64,000 nucleotides of DNA from the NCBI RefSeq assembly GCF_006345805.1, contig NC_043007.1, forward strand, positions 6,262,001 through 6,326,000. The letters run 5' to 3'. Shown here one piece after another: positions 27,650 through 40,430 of the stretch. This DNA is from Octopus sinensis (taxonomy: Eukaryota). A program made the translations under genes and the position numbers. Numbering within the stretch: position 1 is the stretch's first letter; each line of letters begins with the position of its first letter. Below the pieces are notes generated by a model that had not been told where the DNA came from, did not search any database, and saw only the letters and a list, made by a program, of their open reading frames with translations.

Positions 27650-27665
27650 TAATAATAATAATAAT
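26870..27665. repeat. Cluster of short retroelement-like 3' ends attached to (AAT)n-type tails
   Basis: 26959-27001 and 27513-27556 are inverted copies of one another (ttcc(a/g)tttct(t/c)gccgagtgt..cacctaggg), each lying next to an AAT-type run; 27361-27440 is a different end followed by (AAC/AAT)n. Confidence 0.55.
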
Positions 27666-29215
27666 GATGCACTCTCCCGTCGAAGACAACATATGAGCGT
27701 TCAGCCTTTGCCGAACGACCTTCACAACTGAATTGCTTATAGAGATCAAATGTTTGTTCCTCTCATTAGCAGCACATTCCTTCCATCTAAGCAACTTTGT
27801 CTGAACAGATGCACTTCCATGTCAGGTGTCGAACCAATCACAGAACAACCTGAGACGGTGTGTTTTGCTCAGAATCTGTGAACACCGTTCCTGTCACCTT
27901 AGCCAATCAGCTATCCTTAGTTTTTGTATGACAAATACTTTTACGGAAACGTGTTCGTGTTATACTGAATAGGTCGAGGGATACTTTTTGAGGAACTCTC
28001 TCTTTGTAACATCAAAACATTCTTAGATCTTGGCTCTTCCTCCGTTTCTTTCCTTTGATCGCCTACTCGAATGACTTACTAATTTGTAGTTTGTTTTTGC
28101 GATGGTTTATGATTGGTTCTGTCAATGACCGAAACTCTAGACTGTTTGAGTTAAAGCATCAACGATAACAGATGTTGAATGATTTCACAACACATATGCG
28201 CGCACGCGCACACATGCATCCAAAGAGAGGGAGAGAGAGAGGGTTGGTGGAAAAAAGCTAAAAGAGAGAAAGTTTCTCTGTTATAGTGAGGAACCAATAT
28301 CAAATAGAAGAGTGTTGCAGGTGACACAATGAGATTTAACTGTTTTAAGAATGAAGCGATAACAAGATATTTGATAATATAAGGAAGAAGAATAGCATTG
28401 TGAGTGTGGAACTGTAAATCTAAATGGAAACGAAATGCTTCTTCGATTCCTGTATATATCTTATGATCTATATCAACAAGATCAAAATTCTCCACAGAAA
28501 ACATCGTCAAATGCGATGAAATGATTGGATGGGAATTTAAACTTTATATTTGTAAAGTATTATTTCGATATCTGAATGTTCCGACATGTCACACAGTGAT
28601 ATTTCATCAACAATATCATTTGGAATCGATAGAAATTCAATTGTTTCCGTACTCATTGGTGCTCTTTGATATTCGGCTGAAATGTTATGCTTTGTTCATG
28701 AAAGGAGAAACGCTTGCGTGAAATCAGGCAAAGCAGGCCAGGTGGTATTTACTGCTTCCTGCCCGTCTCTATCGCCTTTGCTTTACATCAAATACAACAC
28801 GCATGCGCACAAACACGCGCAAAAGTGGGCATACACAAAACAACACATCACACATGCGCGCGCACACACACACACGCACAGACGTGTGTGTCTCCACGTA
28901 TGCATATATGAACATATATATAAAATTGCGTGTATATCGTGTGTATACACAATCGCACACCTATACAAATATGTATGTTTGTACATTTGTTTATATTATG
29001 TATATATATGAGAGTGTATACATATATGCATGTATATATACTATATATATGTATATATATATAAACATCTATATCTATATATATATATATACACTATATA
29101 TATAAATATATATATCTATATATATATACACACATATATATGTTTGTGTAGGTAAATATATATGTATGCGTATGCATATATAATTCTATAAGTATATATA
29201 TGTATATATATTTAC

Positions 29216-29262
<47 letters not shown>

Positions 29263-29305
29263 TATATATATATAAATATCTATATATCTATATATTTATA
29301 TACAC

Positions 29306-29339
<34 letters not shown>

Positions 29340-32300
29340 AACACACATATATATGTGTGTGTACGTAAATACATATGTATGCCTATACATATATAATTGT
29401 GTAAGTATATATGTGTATACCCACACACATTCATATAGAACATTAGAAATAGTTAGGTTGATGCAGAGAAAAATAAAGCCAACGATGAAATCTCTAAATG
29501 TTCGATGGAACCCATTGAAGAGGCCACCTCATCTAGTTCATGTTACTTGTTTCAGTTGTAGAAAACAGTTTTCTGGAGAATGTGCCATGACGTACGGTAA
29601 ATGACGCGATGGTTATTATTGCAAAACTTTCGATCGGAGATCTGTTTGCACAAGTCTAACTTGAAAACAAACAATAACATCACAATTCCATGAACAATTC
29701 AAGAATACCACAATCTTGTTTACCCGGCGAAATCAAGAAAAACCTGATGTTTGAAACGGAGCAATTCATGTTCTATTGCAAATATTGATGTCAAATGTTG
29801 GTACGAGGCCAGCCCGTTCGGAGGAGGGAATAAAGCGATTACATAGAAACCTAAGGATCAACTGGTGTTGATTTTATGGACCCCGAGAGGATGAAAGGCA
29901 AAGTTGACCTCGACTAAATTTGTTCTCGGAACGTAAAGACGGACGAAATACCTCTATGCATTTTGTCCGGCGTGCATGTAATTCTACCAGCTGACCGCCT
30001 TAACTACCATAGTAATATTACCGATAGAAATGAAGATGGTGAGCTGCTGGCAGTATCATTAGCACGCCCGACGAAAAATGCTCAGTGGCATTTCGTTTCT
30101 CATTATATTATGTTCTCAGCTCAAATTCCGTTGATGTCGATCTTTGCCTTTCGTCCTTTCGGGATCAATAAAATAAGGAGCAGCAGAGCACTGGTGTCGA
30201 AGTAATCAGCTTACCTCATTCCCTGAACTTACCTCGTTCCCTGAAATTGCTGGCGTTATGGTAAAAAGTTGGTGCCAGTATTACAAAAGGAATTTATTAC
30301 AGTTATGAACTGTTTATATTCACTATTTGTTGACGTTCACTAATACGTCTTAAACTCGATCCTACCGGTTAATGAATATATTGCAATTAAAATCGACATT
30401 GGCAGGTTTTAGAGCCAGAAGCATAAAGGGAAGATATTCATCCACATATTTCTCTAAGCTACTAATTATCGTGACAACTGTCATCCGTGTGGCTGTCATT
30501 TTCCAAAATTACGTTGTGTGTGTGTGTGTGTGTGTGGAAAAAGGAAGAACAGCGTCTGAGAACTTTTAGAGAACCTTTAAGACCGATGTGGGAACTGCTT
30601 GCTACGGAGTGAATACTTATAAAAGCATCGATGGGCCTGGTAGTTGCGGTAAAAAGAGACTAAAACTTGACATCTAAGGACAGGATGAATATTGTATACA
30701 ATTTTGGCCGACCAAATTGAATTCATGGGTGTAATCGATCTATTGTTAAAGGCCCATGTGGCGGTATTAAACTCGTACTCTCGAAGCGAATTTGTTATCA
30801 ACACGTTCAAAATTAGCATTATCAATTAGAAGTTGTAAATAGCTTTTAGAATATAAACTCTAATTTTGATGCTAGAAGATGTGGGAAAAATTGATGAGGT
30901 GGTTGTACATTAAACGAATACAGCCAAATATGTGAGGAAGAAAGATATTGCAAAGGGCAGATTGTAAGTGTTAAGAAAGGAAAATCGTATCGAAGTGAAG
31001 AGATTAGAGGTTAAACAGAAATAGGGGGAAATAAGAAGAGCCAACGAAGGAAAAGAATCTAATAAGATTTCAATGCTGAACCCTTCTGGCAATTAAATCC
31101 TATTAAAAAGACCCCCCCCCTCTCACCTCAGAAATTGCAAGAATAATTAAATGTAAAAAAGCGACGTAAATTAAATGGAAAACATTGTTGTGGATGTTGA
31201 GATTGCGATTGTGGAAATTGGTAATCTAAACAATAATGTAATAGGATTTTTTTTCTTCTAAACGGACGAAAATATTTAATATCAGTGCTAGGAAAAGGGC
31301 CCTGGAACAAGGGTTGATTAATGTTTTACGTCACACTCACACAAGCACACAGACACAAATACACACATACATAATGTGTGTGAATGTGTGTGAATGTGTG
31401 TGTGTGTGTGCGCGAGTGAGTGGGCTGCTTGTATGTATGAATGTGGGTGCATGTGGTATGTGGATCTGTCTTTAGATTTTAAATTACTGAAAGCACATTT
31501 ATTTGATTACGATAATGAAATTGTCGATGCCATGGCGCTTTTTTTTTAAACAGGATTTGTTGTTTTCCTTAAGCATAAGAAAGTTTAGCGCAATTTTTGT
31601 AAGTTATTAACAATAAGTAACAATAATGGGTAACAATAAAAGAATAAACATACACTCCACGATTACTAAATGCCAATATGGAACGTAAAATAAAATTATA
31701 AATCTATTTACTTAATTACAAAATGTGTTATAATGAAAACAAGTTAGACGCAAGAAATAGTAAAGCATTTCTAGAAAGAAGGGGAAAATAGTTACCCAGG
31801 TGCGCACTTTTCTTTGTATGGGTGATTATACAGTTAAGTGAGGCTGAGACGTGCAAGCGTTGTACATTTCTAAGCACGTGTGTGTGCATTATGAGTGAAT
31901 GTGTGTGTGTGTTCATCTTTCTGTCTGGCTATCTGTGAGCCTTTCCCTCTATATTTATAGGTTTGTATGTATGTGTATGTGTGTGCGTGTATGTGTGTGC
32001 GTGTATGTGTGTGCGAGTATGAGTTATCTAAATCACAGAGATAACTAATTTTAAGAGGAAATTTAAAAACTACAAAGTTTTCATGTATTCTTTGAAAAGT
32101 GTAAAGCAATTATTTAACTTACTTGAATACAAGCCCTGAGTATATGTACCTGTCAGCTTAAACAGCCATGTTAATTCTAGGTTGATTCTAACTCAATAGA
32201 ATAGGTTAAACCTTCAATACAATGCACAGTCAGGCGAAGCGAGAGGTTAATTAGGTGAGCATTTCTATGGATTTACACATAGCATTCCACATCTCATTCC

Positions 32301-32793
32301 GGGAAAATCTGTCGCCTTCAGTTTAGTTACATCTCCACGTGCCATTGAACATATCACAGCTTTGGAATTTCCTCAACCATCTCCCGTTCAGTACCGCAAG
32401 CATTACAAGATCTAACAACACGATCGGAAGCCTTTCTATAGAATCTATAATTATGATACGCTTTTTTATTAAAATGTTCTTTCTTTGCCACTAAACTCCT
32501 AATAATAAACACTTCTATCTATTTAGATTATATCCTTATATCTCACTCCTCTATGTCCCCTATCCATCCTTACATCCATATATATATGTTTGTGTGTGTG
32601 TGTGTGTGTGTGTGTCTGTGTGTTAGAGCGAGAGATATACAGTAACAGTACGGCAGAGTAATGTTTATATGCAAAGAGAATGTCGCAGTCCTATAAGGGA
32701 CGATGTTACTGCTGTTTCTGCCCCAGGAAAACAACAGTAGCATCGTCCTTTATAGGGCTGCCATATTCTGTTGGCACATAAACATTACTAGTA

Positions 32794-32829
<36 letters not shown>

Positions 32830-33495
32830 ACAAAATTTGGGTTAGTTAAAATATCTTTGTGACATATTTGAACTGCAGTTGCCGTAAAGAAATTATTTTT
32901 CTTATGGTTAAAAGGTGTGAAAACACCTTGTTCCTTCAGTGCTGCCATCTATCATCAATCCGGGACGTCGATGTTTCAAGCTACTAGGCACTTATAAATG
33001 AGTTGTTTCTAAGAGAGGCAACTCTAAAGAAACTCATAAAGCAACAACCTTCAACAATATTAACTGATTTCCGCTGGTAGATCGCCTGATCGTGCAAACA
33101 TAACGAAATACTATCGCCAAGCAATGTTTCGGCATAAGCAAAATTTAGCTTAGATAAAATATGTTTGTGGCATATTTTAACTGCTAAAAGTGAAATTCTC
33201 TTATGGCAAAACTTAAGCTTATATTACTTGTTCCCACGTACGCTTTACCGTTATAGCTACTTGGGACCCTGTATTGGGTGTGGAATATGTAATTGGATAC
33301 TTAGCTGGAGGGGGTCATCAAAGAACGTTCTACTGCATTAAGTTAGAAAGGACTAATATTCTCTGTCCATTAGTCCCCTGTTACCTAATTCAATAAAGTG
33401 GCCCCTGATAATATTTTGCGTTTAGGCATCCATACATACTGTTAACATCAAGTATAATAGTGAAACGTATGTAAGATCTAATGATTTAAACTTAC

Positions 33496-33588
33496 GCTTA
33501 TCGTATTTTCTCCTATTTTGGCTCTGTGTTTTACAACTAGTAATACTACTAAACATTAATTTAGACATCCTCATGATTTCTTCTATCT
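33496..33588 (-). other. Weak candidate 93-nt exon
   Basis: aatctgcag|...GATAAGC|gtaagt; a single open frame IEEIMRMSKLMFSSITSCKTQSQNRRKYDK; poor polypyrimidine tract. Confidence 0.15.
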
Positions 33589-33779
33589 CTGCAGATTAAA
33601 TTTCTATCGATTTTATTCTTTTAAAATAAGTTTAGAATAGTCCTTTATAAGACACTACATGCTGGTTGAATTCAAAAAGACCTCTTCAGCAATGGAAGCG
33701 ATAAGAAACAGTCAATCTATCTATGAACATGAAGCTTTAAGTGCCCAGACAGGCCATCGATAGTCTGGCTAGTTTTACT

Positions 33780-34290
33780 CGGGAAATGTTTCTTTCATAG
33801 ATTCACTCGATTTGGACAACCAATTTCTGTCCTTGTTGAGCTTCAGAAAATTTGAACATGAAGTAGCGAAGAAGTTCAATTTAACTCATACTTTGATCAC
33901 AATCACCATTATAAAAAGTGCTTAAAGTTGACCAGTAGATGTCTCTGCTCGTCATTAAAGAGTAGACATGATCTCAACCTTTCGAGCGTAGGTTCATCAT
34001 AAGTGGTGAAAAATGGGTTTCTATAATCATATCCAGACAAAGGGTGTCGTCTCTCATGATGTGTTTATTGCAAAAGAAATTCTTTATTCGAAGCATTGCA
34101 CAAAGGTTTGCAGAGAAAAGCGTCCATCCTTAGTCAAACATAAAGGGTGGTTACTCTTACACGATAATGCATGATTACGTATTGATCAAGTAACTTAGGA
34201 AAATATTATGACTCGAAATATGCTTGTGTGTACCTCATGCTCTTTTCTCTACTAAACCTGGTTTATCTGACTATCATCATTTCAAGTCAT
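33780..34290 (+). mobile_element. Decayed mariner (DD34D-type) transposase remnant
   Basis: Fragments QPFERRFIISGEKW (about 33975-34016; cf. TGDEKW), LLLHDNA (34150-34171) and PHA..SDYHHFKS (34235-34288; cf. YSPDLAPSDYHLF). Confidence 0.8.
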
Positions 34291-34450
34291 CGGGTTCAAA
34301 TTCCGCCGAGGTCGACTTTGTCTTTCATCCTTTCGGGGTCGATAAATTAAGTACCAGTTACGCACTGGGATCAATGTAATCGACTTAATCTGTTTGTCTG
34401 TCCTTGTTTGTCCCCTCTGTGTTTAGCCCCTTGTAGGTAGTAAAGAAATA
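34291..34450 (+). mobile_element. 5'-truncated family-A SINE adjoining the mariner remnant
   Basis: gggttcaaattccgccgaggtcgactttg...gtagtaaagaaata, highly similar to 54000-54136. Confidence 0.9.
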
Positions 34451-35219
34451 TATATTCTTATTTATCTTATTTTATCCTTAATATCAATCCTTGCTCTCCT
34501 CCCCACTCTCCCTATTTTTTCTCACAGGACTACAACAACGGGAACACGTTCAGTCGATTAATCGTACCATTAGTACGTATTAGTTATCATATGTTATTGA
34601 ACTTGGAAGAAATTAATGCAAACTTTATCTCGGTGTAATTAGAACTCAAAACCTAAATATAATTAATTAATTGGGATCGATATCTTAACGACACTCCAAA
34701 ACCAGCCTCGATTATTCTCTGATATTTCCCAGTGATTTCGATTCCACATACAAATATGCAGACGAATTCTTAGCCACACTTGTAAACAAAAGCAAATATT
34801 TGAAGATTTATCCTATCTGTGTATGTGTATTACAACATGTGTTATTGTTATCTGCTGCATCAACTTAGTTTAATCATAATAAATGTAAATTAAGTAAATA
34901 TTGTTTATTTATTTTGTTCTTGCATTTGTTTTCCGTCTCTTAACAAATCAATGATGGCGGCTGACTTGGTATACTCTTGTTGTTATTCTTATATTTCTTT
35001 CATAATTGTATTAATTATTTTTACTTTGTCCATTTCTTGTGATAAAAAAGTTAGAACAAATGCGATTTCAAATCCTATAATGTTTATAAATTGATTTCCC
35101 TGATTTATCAATTTATGTATATTTTCTTCTGAATTCACAGCATTTTGGTTGTTTTCTAATTACGAACATGAAATGTAACGTAATCTATTTTATTTTCGCT
35201 TTACTGTAGTTTACACAAA

Positions 35220-35257
35220 CATATTATTATCATTATTATTATTATTATTACTTTTAA

Positions 35258-35353
<96 letters not shown>

Positions 35354-35415
35354 CATTATTATTATTATTATTATTATTTCTTGTAGTAGTAGTAGTAGTA
35401 GTAGTAGTAGTAATT
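35220..35415. repeat. (ATT)n/(AGT)n microsatellite
   Basis: Directly visible. Confidence 0.95.
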
Positions 35416-35892
35416 GTTGTCGTAGTAAGTTTTGATTTCTAGTTTGTTAAATATGTTAACTATTTGGCGAGATACTATTTGTTCAACTCGTTCTTTCCGC
35501 CTCCCTCTCGCCTCCCTCTCGCCTCCAACTAGTTTAATTTATTCCTTTATTAGTTTTGCCTGTTGTTCATTCTAATTAATTGCTTCAAAGGTTGAACAAT
35601 CAAATCTTTACTTCATTGGCTCTTATTATTTATATTGTGTTCTTGGATACACATTTGTTCTTTTCTTTCGTCTACAAACACACACGCACACATACATACA
35701 TACATACATACATACATACATACATACATGAATGTATTTATATATATATATATATATTCACCTTCCCTTATAATCTTCTACTTTGGGTTTCTATACTAAA
35801 AACAACCTCTCACTTATTTACACTGTTGTTTGAAGTGAAATATTTGTTTATCCAACACTGAATGTTAAAAGAACCATTTTCCTTAACCTTTC

Positions 35893-36375
35893 CTTCATTG
35901 GACACTGAACTCTGCTTGCGAAGACTTGTTGAGGCAAGTGAAATCAAAATCGAAATCAAATTCGAGGACTGGCATCCGTGCTAGTGGAGTGCTAAGAGCA
36001 TCATCCGAGCGTGATCGTTGCCTGAGCAGTAAACTGGCTTCCGTGCCAATGGCACGTAAAAAAGTACCATTCGAGTGAGGTCGTTGCCAGTGCCGCCGGA
36101 CTCGCTCCTGTGCAGGTGGCACGTAAAAAAACACCATTTGAGCGTAGCTGTTGCCAGTACCTTCTGACAGGCCGTTGTGCCGGTGGCACGTAAAAGCACC
36201 CAGTACACTCTCAGAGTGGTTGGCATTAGGAAGGGCATCCAGCTGTAGAAACTCTGCCAGATCAGATTGGAGCCTGGTGCAGCCCTCAGTCAAATCGTCC
36301 AACCCATGCTAGCATGAAAAACAGAAATTAAAAGATGGTGATGATGTTGACGATGACTATGATGATGATGATGAT
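35893..36375 (+). mobile_element. Family-D SINE-like repeat with three internal 67-bp tandem units and (GAT)n tail
   Basis: tggcacgtaaaa recurs at 36050, 36117 and 36184; 3' part ggcattaggaagggcatccagctgtagaaa...catgctagcatg; a second copy lies at 645-845. Confidence 0.8.
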
Positions 36376-36687
36376 TGTTATGTAAGTGTACAAGTGTATT
36401 TTTTGTGTGTATATATGTGTATGCGCATTTGAGTGTGTGTCAGCATTTGTGTGTGTGTGTGTGTGTATGTGTGTGTGTGCATGTATTGGCGTGTGCTTTT
36501 GTAATTTTGTTTATGCATACGTGAATGTTTTAAAGCATTCCTGTGTCTGTGAAAACTCAGCAACAACAATAGAATGGTATGTTAAAATTAGTCGGTGCAG
36601 AAGGTTAGGCAATAAAACTAAAACTAAATGACAGTTGATTTTAACCTACACATCGCATACAAATAATATACGCTTAATAGCGGAATT

Positions 36688-36738
<51 letters not shown>

Positions 36739-36741
<3 letters not shown>

Positions 36742-37250
36742 GGTATAAAAGACGGGCTACAGCAAATATTCTGCTTGTCTTGGTATAAAAGATGGGCTAC
36801 AGCAAATATTCTGCTCAATACCACAGATTTGCTTGTCAGTTGTTTGACCTTAACCAGTTGAGCATGTCCCTTAGTGGCTGACGATATGTGCATCTCTGAT
36901 CACGAGCAGAAGTAGTGGGGGAGCATCATAGCCATGTGTTGAGAGGGATTCTTTGGGGTTTGAATAGTTCACCTCTGGAAGCATGGGTGGTTCTTTCAAC
37001 GTCCTTAAACAACCCTTATTCAGGGACCGCTTGAGCGGGGTGGGCTACTCAACCTGAAGAAAATTCTAACTGGGCCCCACCTGCAAGGTCATGTGCTGTT
37101 TATCTTGATATGAGATCACCATGTCGCGCACATATGGTTGTGATGCATGTGCCTGGTGTATCTTTATCAGACGGGTAGTCATGATGGGTATACTGGGCTT
37201 CGTATATTTTACCCCAGTGTCACTTTGATGGCATGAACTGCTCTCTCACT
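36739..37250 (+). mobile_element. About 510-bp repeat-like insert within an (AAT)n microsatellite, with a 40-bp tandem duplication at its left end
   Basis: (AAT)n on both flanks; cttggtataaaaga(c/t)gggctacagcaaatattctgct at 36739 and 36779; GC content higher than the flanks. Class not determined. Confidence 0.6.
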
Positions 37251-37251
37251 C

Positions 37252-37312
<61 letters not shown>

Positions 37313-37889
37313 TTAATTTTATTCTCAAAAAAAATGCGACTTCATCGAAGCGCATTTACGATTAATGATGAAGAATTAAGTGGTTCTTGTAAATAGAGGA
37401 GATGCTTGCTAATAAAACAAATTTTACATTCCGACAAACCAAAGATTGTTCTTTTGGTATTCCTGGGATTCATTGAAATCCGGATATCATGAGCAGACTA
37501 AATCTCTCCTCATTGATTTCACCAAACTATTGCTCCAGCTGTTTAATGATGTTAATTATTTTCTCATTAGACTACGGCGTGACTGCGAAGCAATCGTAAT
37601 CGTAATGCGGCCCTTATGCAAAATCAAAGACGTTGATTGGGCGCATTGACTGAACACTGAATTCGGCGACTTCCGGTGTTTACAAAAGTGTAAACTGTAA
37701 TGTAAAATAATAAATATCATTAATGCAATAGGTTTGAAATAATGTTTATATCAAGATTATATGACATATTAAATTTAAAACTAACCATTCACCACTCAGC
37801 ATCTCAAAGCTAATATCTCTATTAATATTTGTCCAGACATATATTGCACATTAACATACAAAAACGATCACTTTTTCTCTCATATGTAT

Positions 37890-37979
37890 GAACAAATTGC
37901 AACATAATTATCTCTCTCTCTTCCTCTCTCTCTCGCTCTCTTTCTTTATATATACATACATACATACATATACATACAC

Positions 37980-38072
<93 letters not shown>

Positions 38073-38094
38073 TTATATATCACATATAGTCACG

Positions 38095-38142
<48 letters not shown>

Positions 38143-38201
38143 TGTATATATATATATATATGTGTGCGTGTTTATATATCACATATAGGCACGTATGTGT
38201 A

Positions 38202-38232
<31 letters not shown>

Positions 38233-38345
38233 GTATATATATATATATATATATGTACACAAACACGCACACACACACACACATATATATATATATGCAT
38301 ATATATGTATGTATATGTATATACACGTATATACATAACAGTATA
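37890..38345. repeat. Compound TA/CA/AG microsatellite with an internal 99-bp-period duplication
   Basis: gtgtttatatatcacatatag(t/g)cacgtatgt at about 38069 and 38168. Confidence 0.9.
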
Positions 38346-38653
38346 TAAATTGGATATGTTAACGTGTGGCTTTCCATTGAAGTGAAATATTGAGATAGCG
38401 TTATGTCTTTCAGCAGGGTGATAAATAAATCAAGAAGCGAAACTTTATGGTTATTGTTGTGACATAAAACACGCTATATATTTCGTACAAGACAGCATTT
38501 TATCGCGGTTGGAATTTCAATGCCTACTGCTTGAATAATGAATCCCGATTCTAAATTGCCTAAATTTACATTCATTTATTCTATTCAAATCGAGTGGAAT
38601 GGTAATATATAACTCTGAATATATTTATCGATAGCGTCTCATTGAAATGTTAC

Positions 38654-38692
38654 TTTTGCGAGAGAAATGTGCTAAAATAATCCCAGCAAAAC
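38654..38692 (-). other. Weak candidate 39-nt exon
   Basis: ggatttttttcag|GTTTTGCTGGG...CGCAAAA|gtaaca; phase 1->1 reads FAGIILAHFSRK. Confidence 0.15.
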
Positions 38693-39595
38693 CTGAAAAA
38701 AATCCTTCAAGTAGTTTGTTGATCAATAGGATATTTTTTTTTATGACACCTATAGAGTGTCAACATATATAGAGAAACATAAATCAACACAAGCCACCGG
38801 AAATTTGCAACAAAAACGAAAACCAGAAAGAAAATGTAAAGCAATGTTTTTATAAATATAGATATTTTAAAAATTGTAAAAATACATCAAGTTTCTATCG
38901 ATGTGCTTTCTTATTTTTCTTGTTTTACACCCCGCCACAAACCCATGCATATATTGATGTAAATATAATTTATATAATATATAACTATAATATATATGTA
39001 TATATTATATATGTATACATATCGATTTAATATATATTTATAATATACCTCTGTTTATATATGTATATAAATATCTATCAATACATATGAGCATGCAGGT
39101 GTGTGTGTGTGTGCCTGTGTGTTTATATGTGTGTGTGTGTTTAAAACTTATTAGCTACGGAGATGTATCTGCAAAGGAAGTGTTTCGATGCAGCACAATG
39201 GCGATTGACGAAAATTTGAACAACGTATTACAAATAAGACTCATGTGAAGTTAACGATACTTCTGTGTCTCCCGCGCTGCAATCGCTGATGAGGTACACA
39301 CAAACAAACAAACAGCAATACAGAAAAATAGGTATATCCACACAGAAACACATATATACAATGCATATATGTGTTTCTGTGTGGATATACATTGTATATA
39401 TATACAGTATGTGTGTATGAATGAATGTATCTATCTATCTATCAATCTATCTATCTATCCCATGAGGGGTTGATGCTAGATGTGTCGAAATAATTGACGT
39501 GATTAATAAGTTCTCTTATATTCTATCTCCCGTCTTTCATTTGCCATATATATACATATATATACATACATACATAAATACATACATACATACAT

Positions 39596-39639
<44 letters not shown>

Positions 39640-39690
39640 ATGTATGTATGTATGTATGTATGTATGTATGTATGTATGTATGTATGCATA

Positions 39691-39900
39691 GGCAAATCCA
39701 CGAAAAAAAGGAAAAGAAACAACAAAACTCAGTTGGATGTACACTGTGAATATATCGGATTAACGCTAGGTGAAATTTCAATATGGAAGCATAGGATTAG
39801 AACTGGCGTTTCGAGTACGGTTCTTCGTCGGATACAAGAAAGATCCCAGAGAAGAGGAAAAGTAGGAAGAAGCAGATAGACCGGACAAAATCGTGGGTTG
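39691..39900 (-). mobile_element. Penelope-like short repeat (family P2) with a degenerate hammerhead-like motif at 39801-39836
   Basis: Minus strand tatccgacga-a-gaaccgtactc-gaaacgcc; similar layout to 56768-56960. Confidence 0.5.
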
Positions 39901-39999
39901 ATTCGTTCGACTAAAATTCTTCAATGGGTTGCCCGAGCATGGCCGCAGTCTAATGACTAAAGATAAAATATAAATGATATGCTTTTATAAAGATATTGT

Positions 40000-40430
40000 T
40001 GTCATCTTTTTGTCTCGGGAGACAACGGAGTTGCGCATAAACTAATCCAGTTTGGTTTTTACCATTCATCTCTCCAGTTTCCTCTCCAGTTTCCTCTCCA
40101 GTTTTGCGCAGGCCAGGGCTAGATGTAAGAAAATCTAGGGTAGCCCAGTCGTCAGCATTCCTCTCTCGACCTAGTCCAAAGGGGTGCGGAGCATTAAGCT
40201 TGGCACCAGCTTGGTTGTAGGAGCTGCCAGAAGAGTGTCGAATCGAACACGAAACCACCTATGGGGCTCCATTCCAAATTTCTTTGAAGATTGTCTCCTT
40301 TCCGTAACTAAGGATAGGGGCCCATACCGGGGACTGTCAGCCGGAGCTAGCTCAGCCCGGAACGCGTGTCAGGCAAGGTTGCCACTCCCTGAAGTAGTGA
40401 AGAAAATCGCTACCCACTACCTATTTATAA
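40000..40430 (+). repeat. GC-rich repeat-like segment, possibly a LINE 5' region, with a 12-bp unit x3
   Basis: GC clearly above the flanks; tctccagtttcc repeated at about 40063-40095; no credible ORF. The LINE assignment is a guess. Confidence 0.3.

Noticed and set aside
27665-27880. DALSR motif suggesting Gypsy RNase H
   Set aside because: It begins at a microsatellite edge, and the downstream sequence lacks convincing integrase motifs.
30577-30825. 82-aa minus-strand ORF
   Set aside because: No splice signals or recognisable motifs; length is within chance expectation for 64 kb.
35895-36302. 135-aa ORF and regularly spaced repeats resembling a CRISPR array
   Set aside because: Internal tandem units of a SINE-like repeat; the spacers are homologous to each other, the context is eukaryotic, and there are no cas genes.
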